Assembly: GCA_035759015.1 (NCBI GenBank)
Contig: DASTVQ010000068.1
Coordinates: 10,526 to 74,525, forward strand
Direction: 5' to 3'
Source: Kribbella sp.
GTDB taxonomy: Bacteria > Actinomycetota > Actinomycetes > Propionibacteriales > Kribbellaceae
Length of the DNA stretch: 64,000 nt
Position 1 is the first letter of the stretch; each line of letters opens with the position of its first letter. The position numbers were made by a program, and so were the translations under genes. Of the stretch, positions 45,290 to 54,855 are shown in pieces. Below the pieces are notes generated by a model, which had not been told where the DNA came from, made no database searches, and saw only the letters and a list, made by a program, of their open reading frames with translations.

Positions 45290-47437
45290 TCAGCGGGTCG
45301 CGTCGACCAGGTCGTCGGCCGAGCCCGGCGGCACGTCGAGGCTGCCGTACCGCTCCATCCGCTGCCACCGCAGCCGGGAACCGGCCAGAGCGGTGAAGAC
45401 GGACTGGATGACCACCAGGTACATCAGTTGCCGGTACACGAACTGCTGCAGCGGCAGGCTCCAGAGCGGCCCGGCCGGTTCGTCGTCCAGCCGGAACGCG
45501 TACAGCCCCATCGCGGTCTGCAGCACCAGGAAGGCGGCCCAGACCCCGATCACCCGCATCGGGTCTAGGAACACCAGCCCGTAGAGGGCGAAGACGTCCA
45601 CGGCGGGGGCCAGCAGGGGCAGCAGGACCTGGAACATGAGCAAGTACCCGAGGCCGCGGCGGCCGAGCTTACCCGCCTGACCGCGCTGGACCAGAGCGCC
45701 GCGGTGCTTCCACATCGCTTGCAGCGTGCCGTAGCACCAGCGGTACCTCTGACGCCACAGTGCGCCGAGTGAGGCGGGCGCCTCGGTCCAGGCGCGAGCG
45801 CGTTCCTCGTAGACGACCCGCCACCCGTCGCGGCACAGCGCCATCGTCAGGTCTGTGTCCTCGGCCAGGGTGACGTCGCTGACGCCGCCGATCCGCTGCA
45901 ACGCGCTGCGCCGGAACCCCCCGATAGCGCCCGGCACGGTCGGCATGCACTCGGCCAGGTCGAACAGGCGGCGGTCGAGGTTGAAGCCGACGACGTACTC
46001 GATGTGCTGCCAGCGGCCGAGGAGGCCGCCGCGGTTGCCGACCTTGGCGTTGCCCGACACGGCGCCCACGCTCGGGTCGGCGAAGGGCTGGACCAACATC
46101 CGCACGGCGTCCGGCTCGAACACCGTGTCGCCGTCGACCATCACCACGAGGTCGAACGAGGCCGCCTGCAGGCCGGTGTTCAACGCCGCCGGCTTGCCCG
46201 CATTGGGCTGCCGGAACACCCGTACGCCGGGAATCCGCAGCGCCTCCACCACGTCGGCGGTGCCGTCGGTCGAGCCATCGTCCACCACGATCACCTCGAC
46301 CGGGTGGTCCGAGGCGACGAGCGACATCACCGCCGCCTCGATCCCGGCGCGCTCGTTGTACGCCGGCACGATGACGGTGACCGGCTCCGTGACCTCCGGG
46401 CCCCAGGACCAGTACCGCTCGCGCGCGTGGCGGCGGGCCGCAACAACCGTCGTGATGGCACGCAGCACGCTCAGCGCGCCCGCGGCATACAGCAGCCACG
46501 TGAGCACGGTCAGCATGCCGTCGCTGAGCCGCATCGCCCAGATCACGGCCAGTCCGCGTCCGCGCTCCAGGGCGCCCACCGGATGGACCGGCTCGGGGAT
46601 CGAGGTGGCAGCGCTGACCGTGGCGAAGCGGAACCCGCGAGCCTTCATCGTCGGGATCAACTTCTTGAGCGCGGCCAGCGTCTGGGTGCGGTCGCCGCCG
46701 GCGTCGTGCATCAGCAGCACCTGCCCGGCCTTACCTCGCGGGGTGGCGTTCGCGATCACCTTGCTGGTGCCTGGCCGGCGCCAGTCCTCACTGTCCTGCG
46801 TCGTCAGGACGGTGAGATAACCCAGCTCGCGTGCCTGCTTGATCGCCGCCCAGTCGGCGTCGCCGACGGCGCTGGGCTCGGAGGAGTATGGGGGCCGCAG
46901 CAGCGCGGTGCTGACCCCGGCCGCGCCGGCCAGGATGAGCTGGCTCTGTCGCAGTTCGAGGGAACGCCGCCACGACGGCGCGGTACTCAGGTTCGCATGG
47001 GTGAAGGTGTGCAGCCCCAGCTGATGCCCCTCGGCAAGGATCCGGCGGGTCAGTTCCGGATGGGCGGCGACCTGGGTGCCGACCACGAAGAACGTCGCCT
47101 TGACGTGCTGGGCGCGCAGCAGATCGAGCACCTTCGGGGTCCACTCGGGGTCCGGCCCGTCGTCGAACGTGATGGCGATGGTGCGCGGCTTGGGCCGGGC
47201 GGAGCGAACCCCGTTCGGGTCGGCATCGATGACGGGACCACCGGAGGTGACGGCGCGCGGCACGCCTGCCGTCGGCCCGGGAGGTCGCGCGGCCCCGTCC
47301 GGATCGGTGCCGTACAGGTGGTGGGTGTAGCCGTTCAGCAACAACGCGCCGGACAAGCACACCATCAGTACCGTCAAGATCAGCCAGTGCGTCCGCAGAG
47401 GCACCGGCCGGGCCCGCCGGGCCACTCTGCGGGTCAC
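45290..47437 (-). CDS. Bifunctional polysaccharide deacetylase (NodB/CE4) / GT2 processive synthase
   Basis: TFDDGP, HTFTH, RPPY, LMHD; VPAYNE, VDDGS, DGD, AEDTD, QRYRW. Confidence 0.93.
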   Translation of the reverse strand: MTRRVARRARPVPLRTHWLILTVLMVCLSGALLLNGYTHHLYGTDPDGAARPPGPTAGVPRAVTSGGPVIDADPNGVRSARPKPRTIAITFDDGPDPEWTPKVLDLLRAQHVKATFFVVGTQVAAHPELTRRILAEGHQLGLHTFTHANLSTAPSWRRSLELRQSQLILAGAAGVSTALLRPPYSSEPSAVGDADWAAIKQARELGYLTVLTTQDSEDWRRPGTSKVIANATPRGKAGQVLLMHDAGGDRTQTLAALKKLIPTMKARGFRFATVSAATSIPEPVHPVGALERGRGLAVIWAMRLSDGMLTVLTWLLYAAGALSVLRAITTVVAARRHARERYWSWGPEVTEPVTVIVPAYNERAGIEAAVMSLVASDHPVEVIVVDDGSTDGTADVVEALRIPGVRVFRQPNAGKPAALNTGLQAASFDLVVMVDGDTVFEPDAVRMLVQPFADPSVGAVSGNAKVGNRGGLLGRWQHIEYVVGFNLDRRLFDLAECMPTVPGAIGGFRRSALQRIGGVSDVTLAEDTDLTMALCRDGWRVVYEERARAWTEAPASLGALWRQRYRWCYGTLQAMWKHRGALVQRGQAGKLGRRGLGYLLMFQVLLPLLAPAVDVFALYGLVFLDPMRVIGVWAAFLVLQTAMGLYAFRLDDEPAGPLWSLPLQQFVYRQLMYLVVIQSVFTALAGSRLRWQRMERYGSLDVPPGSADDLVDATR

Positions 47438-47898
47438 GGCCTGTTCGGTGTCTTGGTGCGCCCGGGCGCGCTGGTCGGCTTACCATGCGACGTCGTGCTC
47501 GACGGTGTGCCCGGCCGCGTGCTCGGCGTCGTGGTGGGACTCGTCGTGGGCGTCAGCGTCTGGCTGGGAACCGTCGTCGGGGTCGGGCCCGGGATGGGCG
47601 TCGACACCGTAACCGGTGTCGACGTGGTGGGACCGGGCGTCTCGACGGAGCCGGAAGGCTGGCCGGGGCGCGGCGGCGTCGGTGTGATCGCCGGGTTCGG
47701 CCTGGAGGCCGGGTGTGTTTGGCCGGCCTGCGGGAGCAGGGGTGTGCCGACCGTCGGGCCGCCCAGCAGCGTACTGACCAGGAGCACGACGTAGCCGACC
47801 GCCGGCACGGCGAGAACCGCCCCGACGCGGCGGACGGTGCGGTGCCGACGGCCGGTCGGGTCCACGAAGACCGGGTTCCGGCCTGAGAGCGGCTTCAC
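47434..47898 (-). CDS. Membrane-anchored Pro/Thr-rich protein
   Basis: PVFVDPTGRR, one TM helix, P/T-rich tail; 4-nt overlap with the GT2 gene. Confidence 0.75.
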   Translation of the reverse strand: MKPLSGRNPVFVDPTGRRHRTVRRVGAVLAVPAVGYVVLLVSTLLGGPTVGTPLLPQAGQTHPASRPNPAITPTPPRPGQPSGSVETPGPTTSTPVTVSTPIPGPTPTTVPSQTLTPTTSPTTTPSTRPGTPSSTTSHGKPTSAPGRTKTPNRP

Positions 47899-48060
47899 AA
47901 TCGCGAGATACTACCCCGACCGCGGTGTCGCCGGTACGCCGATCGGGGCGGGAGACCTGGGGCCGCCGGTGGCCCTTCGTACTGACATACTCCCTCCGGC
48001 CCGCCGCCGTTGTGCGATGGGCCGCGCGCTAGCCGACCTCCACGCCCTGGGGAGCATTTC

Positions 48061-50160
48061 TTGAAGTTCTGGAAGCCCGTAGTCCTGGCCACAGCAGTCG
48101 CGACCGTTGCCGGCCTGGCGATCGCGCTGAACCCGGCGGATGCGACGACCGACAAGGTTGTCTCCTACCACGGCTACCAGGTGGCGGTGCCGGACGGTTG
48201 GGAGGTCGTCGACCTGCAGAAGAACCCGACCGCCTGCGTGCGTTTCGATCGACCGGCGATCTACCTCGGACGCGGTGCCGCCCAGACCGACTGCCCCGCC
48301 CATCTCGTCGGGCGAACCGCCGGGCTGGTCGTCGAGCCGCTCGACCGCAAGGCGCCGGCCAAGCCTGGAGTCGTGAAGGCCGCCCACGGTAAGGCGGCTC
48401 TCCCCAAGAGCGCGCCTTCGGTCGACGGCGAGATCCAGGTGGCGGTGGAGGACGCCGGAGTGCTGGTCAGCGGCTTGTTCGCGCCCGACCAGGAACAGGT
48501 CGTCCGCAAGGTTCTCACCGGTGCGCAGTTGACCGACGGTGCGGAGCCGGCCACGCTGGCCGCGCCTGCCACGCTGGCGGCCGCGGCGCCGATCGTTGCG
48601 ACAGGCAACATGGTGGGCCAGGCCTTCGACGCCTGCACGGCGCCGTCGCAGACCGCCATGGACGCGTGGCGCTCATCCCCCTACAAGGCCGTCGGGATCT
48701 ACATCAGCGGCGATGTCCGTGCTTGCGCCCAGCCGAACCTGACACCGTCCTGGGTGGCTGCCAACAACGCCAACGGGTGGAAGTTCATCCTGATCGACGT
48801 CGGCCTGCAGGCGCCGTGCAGCACCCTGTCGGCCAAGATGTCGACAGATCCCGCCACGGCCCGGACCCAGGGCAAGACCGCGGCCGCCGCTGCGGCGCAG
48901 GCAGCGATCAACCTGGGCTTCGGCTCGCGCAGCGCGATCTACTCCGACATCGAGGGCTACACGTCCACGGCCGCGTGCAAGGCCTCTGTGCTCTCGTACC
49001 TCAGCGGCTGGCGGCAGGAGCTCAACGCGCGCGGATTCCTCGGCGGCGTCTACACCAGCGCAGGGTCCGGCGGCGTCGACCTGGCCTCCGCGTACAACGA
49101 CAGCCAGTACCTGCGACCGGACTACCTCTGGTTCGCCTGGTGGAACGGTGTCGCCGACACGTCGGCCACCAAGTACATCCCGGACACCTACTGGGCCAAC
49201 CACCAGCGGATCCATCAGTACAGCGGCGGCCACAACGAGACGTACGACGGCGTCACCATCAACGTCGACAGCAACTACCTCGACGTCACCGCGCCGCCGC
49301 CGCCCGTCTCGGGATTCGACGCCACCGGCCAGTACACGACCGCCACGGTCCGTTGGACGAACCCGGCGATCAGCAACCTCAGCCAGATCATCGTTCGCCG
49401 GAACGCGGGCACCTCCGCGCCATCGTCACCGACAGCCGGCACCGCCGTCTACGCGGGCACCGGCACCAGTACGACAGCGACCGGTCTCGCCGGCTCGACG
49501 ACGTACACGTTCCGCAGTTGGGTGAAGGACACGTCCGGCAAGCTGAGCCGCCCGAGTGACACCCGCCTGGTCGGCACCAAGGTCACCGCAGCCGTCTCGC
49601 CGACCACTGTCACCTACGGCAGCGCGACGCGGATCACCGGCAAGGTCACCCGGGTCGACACCGGCGCCCCGGTCGTGGGGAATGTCATCTCCCTCTACGT
49701 GCGGAACTACGGCACCTCCACCTGGCGCCTGCTCACCAAGGTCACGTCCGACAGCACCGGAGCTGTGTCCTACAGTTACAAACCGTCCGCGTCGATGTAC
49801 TACCAGTGGGGCCACAACGGGACGGTCGACCTGCTGGGTTCCCGCAGCCCGGCGCCCTTGGTCGGGCTGCGGCCGGTCCTGACGGCGAACCTGACCAAGA
49901 CCTCCTTCGCACTCGGCGGTTCCGTCACGCTGTACGGCAGTCTGCGTCCGACCCGTCCGGCCGGTTACGCGATCTATCTGCAGCGCTACTCGGGCGGCAA
50001 GTGGAGCACCGTCAGCATCGGGAAGCTGACGTCGACCAGCAGCTACGCCTTCACCATCAAGCCGACCGCCCGGGGAACCTACCTCTACCGGGCCATGCGT
50101 CCTGCTGATCTCGACCGCCTCCAGGCGCTCAGCCCGTCGAGATCGTTCAGCGTCAGCTGA
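48061..50160 (+). CDS. Secreted DUF1906 (GH25-like) glycoside hydrolase with FN3/Ig-like C-terminal domains
   Basis: TTG start with GGGGAG RBS, signal peptide; FDACTAPS, GIYISG, YSDIEGY, QRIHQYSGG, NVDSN. Confidence 0.82.
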   Translation: MKFWKPVVLATAVATVAGLAIALNPADATTDKVVSYHGYQVAVPDGWEVVDLQKNPTACVRFDRPAIYLGRGAAQTDCPAHLVGRTAGLVVEPLDRKAPAKPGVVKAAHGKAALPKSAPSVDGEIQVAVEDAGVLVSGLFAPDQEQVVRKVLTGAQLTDGAEPATLAAPATLAAAAPIVATGNMVGQAFDACTAPSQTAMDAWRSSPYKAVGIYISGDVRACAQPNLTPSWVAANNANGWKFILIDVGLQAPCSTLSAKMSTDPATARTQGKTAAAAAAQAAINLGFGSRSAIYSDIEGYTSTAACKASVLSYLSGWRQELNARGFLGGVYTSAGSGGVDLASAYNDSQYLRPDYLWFAWWNGVADTSATKYIPDTYWANHQRIHQYSGGHNETYDGVTINVDSNYLDVTAPPPPVSGFDATGQYTTATVRWTNPAISNLSQIIVRRNAGTSAPSSPTAGTAVYAGTGTSTTATGLAGSTTYTFRSWVKDTSGKLSRPSDTRLVGTKVTAAVSPTTVTYGSATRITGKVTRVDTGAPVVGNVISLYVRNYGTSTWRLLTKVTSDSTGAVSYSYKPSASMYYQWGHNGTVDLLGSRSPAPLVGLRPVLTANLTKTSFALGGSVTLYGSLRPTRPAGYAIYLQRYSGGKWSTVSIGKLTSTSSYAFTIKPTARGTYLYRAMRPADLDRLQALSPSRSFSVS

Positions 50161-50314
50161 GCGGTAGCGCACCGCGCATCCATCGCTACCCGGAGTCTCC
50201 CGGTTGCGTCCTTCCGGTCCCGGCCGTCCTGTCAGCGGACGGCCGGGGCCGTAGAGCGGTACCGGAACAGGCGGCGATGACGGGTCCCGGCGGTCGGGTC
50301 GTTACTGTCGTCAG

Positions 50315-52432
50315 GTGCAGAAATGGCCTGGTCGTCCCTATCCCCTCGGAGCCACGTACGACGGCTCCGGTACGAACTTCGCGTTGTTCTCGGAGGTGGC
50401 CGAGAAGGTCGAGCTGTCCCTGGTCGGCGACGACGGCTCGGAGGAGCTGGTGCCGCTCACCGAGGTGGACGGCTTCGTCTGGCATGCCTACCTCCCGGCG
50501 GTCCAGCCGGGCCAGCGGTACGGCTATCGGGTGCATGGGCCCTACGAGCCCGCCGCCGGGCTTCGGTGCAACCCGTCGAAACTGCTGCTGGACCCGTACG
50601 CGAAGGCGATCGACAAGCAGGTCGACGGGGACGAGTCGCTGTTCAGCTACCGCTTCGACAACCCGGGCGAGCTCAACACGACGGACAACCTGCAGCACAC
50701 GATGCTGTCGGTGGTGACCAACCCGTTCTTCGACTGGGGCAACGACCGGCCGCCGAACCGGGCGTACCACGAGACGGTCATCTACGAGGCGCACGTGAAG
50801 GGCCTGACCCGGACCCATCCGGCGCTGCCGGAGGAGATCCGCGGCACCTACGCCGCGATCGGGCACCCGGCGATCATCGAGCACCTGACCTCGTTGGGCG
50901 TCACCGCGATCGAGCTGATGCCGGTCCACCAGTTCGCCGAGGACGGTCACCTGGCCGAGCGCGGCCTGTCGAACTACTGGGGCTACAACACGATCGGGTT
51001 CTTCGCCCCGCACAACGCCTACGCGTCGACCGGCACCCGCGGCCAGCAGGTGACCGAGTTCAAGACGATGGTGCAGGCCCTGCACGAGGCGGGGATCGAG
51101 GTCATCCTCGACGTGGTCTACAACCACACTGCCGAGGGGAACGAGTTCGGCCCGACGCTTTCCTTCAAGGGCATCGACAACGCGGCCTACTACAGGTTGG
51201 TGGACCGCGACCGGACCCATTACTACGACACCACGGGCACGGGGAACAGCCTGCTGATGCGGCATCCGCACGTGCTGCAACTGATCATGGACTCGCTGCG
51301 GTACTGGGTGACGGAGATGCACGTCGACGGGTTCCGGTTCGACCTGGCCGCCACCTTGGCCCGGCAGTTCCACGAGGTGGACCGGCTGTCGGCGTTCTTC
51401 GACCTGGTCCAGCAGGATCCCGTCGTCAGCCAGGTGAAGCTCATCGCCGAGCCTTGGGACGTGGGCGACGGCGGCTACCAGGTGGGCAACTTCCCGCCCC
51501 TGTGGACCGAGTGGAACGGCAAGTACCGTGACACCGTCCGCGACTTCTGGCGCGGGGAGAAGTACACGCTCGCCGAGTTCGCCTCCCGGCTGACCGGGTC
51601 GTCCGACCTGTACCAGGACGACAGCCGCCGACCCCTGGCCAGCATCAACTTCGTCACCGCGCACGACGGCTTCACGCTGCGTGACCTGGTCTCGTACAAC
51701 GACAAGCACAACGACGCCAACGGCGAGGGCGGCAAGGATGGCGAGAGTCACAACCGCTCGTGGAACTGCGGGGTCGAGGGCGACACCGACGACGAGACGG
51801 TGCTGGGCCTGCGGGCCCGCCAGCAGCGCAACTTCCTCACCACGCTGATGTTCTCCCAGGGCGTGCCGATGCTTGCCCATGGCGACGAGCTTGGCCGCAC
51901 CCAGCAGGGGAACAACAACGTCTACTGCCAAGACAACGAGCTGGCCTGGGTCGACTGGAACCTGACGGAGTCGCAGCGCGAACTGCTGGAGTTCACCCGC
52001 CGGGTGGTCCGGCTGCGCACCGACCACCCGGTGCTGCGACGCCGGCGGTTCTTCCACGGCGACACCGGCCCGGACGGGCTCGGCGACCTCGTCTGGTTCA
52101 CCCCCGAGGGCGAGGAGATGCAGGACGGCGACTGGCGGCGCGACGACGCCCGCGCGGTCGCGGTCTTCCTCAACGGCGACGCGATCTCCGAGCCGGACCA
52201 GCGCGGCGAGCGCGTGGTGGACGACTCGTTCCTGATCCTGCTGAACAGCGACTACCAGCCGCTGGACTTCCTCCTGCCGGCCAAGCAGTACGGCGACTCC
52301 TGGCAGGTGGCGGTCGACACCGCCGTGGCGACCGGCAGCCCGGGCGAGGACGAGCACAAAGCCGGCAGCACGATCCGGATCGAGGCTCGCGGCACGCTGG
52401 TGCTGATCCGGCGGCGCCAGGCGGTTGAATGA
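50315..52432 (+). CDS. glgX: Glycogen debranching enzyme GlgX/TreX
   Basis: PYPLGAT, NYWGYN, DVVYNHT, DGFRFDLA, IAEPWD, FVTAHDGFTL. Confidence 0.97.
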   Translation: MQKWPGRPYPLGATYDGSGTNFALFSEVAEKVELSLVGDDGSEELVPLTEVDGFVWHAYLPAVQPGQRYGYRVHGPYEPAAGLRCNPSKLLLDPYAKAIDKQVDGDESLFSYRFDNPGELNTTDNLQHTMLSVVTNPFFDWGNDRPPNRAYHETVIYEAHVKGLTRTHPALPEEIRGTYAAIGHPAIIEHLTSLGVTAIELMPVHQFAEDGHLAERGLSNYWGYNTIGFFAPHNAYASTGTRGQQVTEFKTMVQALHEAGIEVILDVVYNHTAEGNEFGPTLSFKGIDNAAYYRLVDRDRTHYYDTTGTGNSLLMRHPHVLQLIMDSLRYWVTEMHVDGFRFDLAATLARQFHEVDRLSAFFDLVQQDPVVSQVKLIAEPWDVGDGGYQVGNFPPLWTEWNGKYRDTVRDFWRGEKYTLAEFASRLTGSSDLYQDDSRRPLASINFVTAHDGFTLRDLVSYNDKHNDANGEGGKDGESHNRSWNCGVEGDTDDETVLGLRARQQRNFLTTLMFSQGVPMLAHGDELGRTQQGNNNVYCQDNELAWVDWNLTESQRELLEFTRRVVRLRTDHPVLRRRRFFHGDTGPDGLGDLVWFTPEGEEMQDGDWRRDDARAVAVFLNGDAISEPDQRGERVVDDSFLILLNSDYQPLDFLLPAKQYGDSWQVAVDTAVATGSPGEDEHKAGSTIRIEARGTLVLIRRRQAVE

Positions 52433-54852
52433 GTGCCGCACCGCAAGCGACGTACCGGCTGCAGTTGCATGCCGGGTTCGGCTTCGACGACGCCGCTGCG
52501 GTGTTGGAATACCTGCACAGCCTTGGGATCTCGCACGTCTACCTCTCCCCGATCCTGCAGGCCGCGCCCGGCTCCACCCACGGGTACGACGTGGTCGACC
52601 ACCATCGGCTGTCCGAGGAGATGGGCGGGCGTGAGGCGTTCGAGCGACTGGCGGCCGGGTTGGCGGACCACCAGCTGGGCGCTATTGCGGACGTCGTACC
52701 GAATCATGTAGCTGTGCCGACGCCCGCCCGGCTCAACACCGCGCTGTGGTCGGTGCTGCGGGACGGGCCCGGTTCGGCGTATGCGGAGTGGTTCGACGTG
52801 GATTGGGGCTCCGGCGACCAGCCGCTGCTGATGGCGGTCCTGGGACAGCGCATCGGCAAGGTACTGGCCGACGGTGAGCTCGAGGTCGACAAAAGTGGCG
52901 ACGAGCCGGTGCTGCGGTACTACGAGCACGAGTTCCCATTGCGAGCCGGCACCGAGACCCTCCCGATCGCCGAGCTGGTCTGTCAGCAGTACTACAGGCT
53001 GGCGCACTGGCGAGTCGCGGACGAGGAGCTGAACTACCGGCGGTTCTTCGACGTCGACACCCTGGCAGCGGTGCGGGTGGAGAACCCGCAGGTCTTTCAA
53101 GCCACCCATGAGCTACTGCTCGAACTCATGCGTCAGGGACACCTCACCGGCCTGCGGATCGACCACCCCGACGGCCTGGCGGATCCGCGCGGTTACCTCC
53201 GCCGGCTGGCAGAGCAGACCGGCGGCGCCTGGGTCGTGGTGGAGAAGATCCTGGAGGGCGACGAGGAGCTGCCCCAGGACTGGCCGTGCGCCGGCACCAC
53301 CGGGTACGACGCTCTGCTGCGCGTCGATGGTCTCTTCCTCGATCCGACCGGTGCCGCGCCGCTGTCGGCCTTCCACTCCGAGCTGACCGGACAGCCGGCC
53401 GACTTCGCGCCGGTGGTCGAGCAGGCCAAGCGGGAGATCGTGCAGCACGGCCAGTACGCCGAGGTGCACCGACTCGTCGAGCTCCTGGCTCGGATCTGCG
53501 CGGCGGACGTGCGCCTGCGCGACCACACGCGCCGCGCCTTCCACGAGGTCGTCGTCGAGCTGCTGGTCAACTTCGACCGCTATCGCGCGTACGTCGTACC
53601 GGGTGAGCCGGCCCCGCCGACGGCTGTACGGGCCATGGAGCACGCGGTCGAGCTGGCACGGGGCAACCTGGACGAGGAACGGCAGGAGACGCTGGAGCTG
53701 GTGCGGGATCTGCTGCTCGGCCGCGAGGCCGGCACAGCGAGCCGGATCGACGAGGCTGCCCGCCAAGAGTTGATCGTCCGCTTCCAGCAGACGTGTGGCC
53801 CGGTGATGGCCAAGGGCGTCGAGGACACCGCGTTCTACCGGTGGTTCCGGCTGGCGTCCATGAATGAGGTCGGTGGCGACCCGGAGCACTTCGGGGTCAC
53901 TCCGGAGGAGTTCCACGCCTATGCGGGCCGGCTGAACGAGCACTGGCCCAAGACCATGACCACTCTGTCCACCCACGACACGAAGCGGTCCGAAGACGTC
54001 CGCGCCCGGCTCGCGGTGCTCGCCGAACAGCCCGCGGCATGGGCCGATGCCGTTCGCTCGTGGCGTGAGCTCGCCGGCGACCACCGCAGCCCATTGCTGG
54101 ACGGGAGCACCGAGTACCTCCTGTGGCAGACCCTGCTCGGCACGTGGGACGACGGTCCGCTCGCAGCGGACCGCCTGCTGGCCTACCTGCAGAAGGCGAC
54201 CCGCGAAGCCAAGCGCCACACCAGCTGGATCTCGCCGAACGAGGACTACGAGCAGGCCGTCGCCGGGTTCGCCACCGCCGTGTTGGCCGACCAGGCAGTC
54301 CTGGACGCCGTACGACGCTTCGCGGATGCGCAGGCCGGAGCGATCCGGTGCACGACGCTCGGGCAGAAGCTGGTCCAGCTGACGATGCCGGGTGTCCCGG
54401 ACGTCTACCAGGGCAGCGAGCTCGTCGACCTGTCCCTGGTGGACCCGGACAACCGGCGGCCGGTGGACTACCGGCTGCGGACGGAGCGGTTGGCCCGACT
54501 GGATGGTGGCGCGCGGCCCGTGGGTCTTGCCGACGAGAAGTTGCTGGTGACTTCCCGCGCGCTGAGGCTCCACCGGCAGCTGCCGGAAGCTTTCGCCGGC
54601 GGATATAGCCCGTTGCCGACGTCCAGCGGACATGCCGTTGCCTTCGCCCGTGGTGACTCCCCGGAGGCCATCACGCTGGCCACTCGCCTCCCGGTCGCCC
54701 TGAACCGCCTCGGCGGCTGGGGTGACAGCACCGTCGTACTGCCCGACGGGGACTGGGTAGACGTGCTGACCGGGCGGTTGGTGGGTAGTGGGTCCGCTCG
54801 ACTCGACGAGCTGCTGGCAGACCTACCGGTAGCTCTGCTGACAAGGAGCTGA
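52429..54852 (+). CDS. treY: Maltooligosyl trehalose synthase
   Basis: ATYRLQ, GSTHGYDV, NYRRFFDV, LRIDHPDG, STHDTKRSED, SLVDPDNRRPVD. Confidence 0.97.
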   Translation: MSAAPQATYRLQLHAGFGFDDAAAVLEYLHSLGISHVYLSPILQAAPGSTHGYDVVDHHRLSEEMGGREAFERLAAGLADHQLGAIADVVPNHVAVPTPARLNTALWSVLRDGPGSAYAEWFDVDWGSGDQPLLMAVLGQRIGKVLADGELEVDKSGDEPVLRYYEHEFPLRAGTETLPIAELVCQQYYRLAHWRVADEELNYRRFFDVDTLAAVRVENPQVFQATHELLLELMRQGHLTGLRIDHPDGLADPRGYLRRLAEQTGGAWVVVEKILEGDEELPQDWPCAGTTGYDALLRVDGLFLDPTGAAPLSAFHSELTGQPADFAPVVEQAKREIVQHGQYAEVHRLVELLARICAADVRLRDHTRRAFHEVVVELLVNFDRYRAYVVPGEPAPPTAVRAMEHAVELARGNLDEERQETLELVRDLLLGREAGTASRIDEAARQELIVRFQQTCGPVMAKGVEDTAFYRWFRLASMNEVGGDPEHFGVTPEEFHAYAGRLNEHWPKTMTTLSTHDTKRSEDVRARLAVLAEQPAAWADAVRSWRELAGDHRSPLLDGSTEYLLWQTLLGTWDDGPLAADRLLAYLQKATREAKRHTSWISPNEDYEQAVAGFATAVLADQAVLDAVRRFADAQAGAIRCTTLGQKLVQLTMPGVPDVYQGSELVDLSLVDPDNRRPVDYRLRTERLARLDGGARPVGLADEKLLVTSRALRLHRQLPEAFAGGYSPLPTSSGHAVAFARGDSPEAITLATRLPVALNRLGGWGDSTVVLPDGDWVDVLTGRLVGSGSARLDELLADLPVALLTRS

Positions 54853-54855
54853 CCA

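Noticed and set aside
47480-47700. Thr/Pro codon repeats as a DNA repeat element
   Set aside because: Explained by the low-complexity protein linker.
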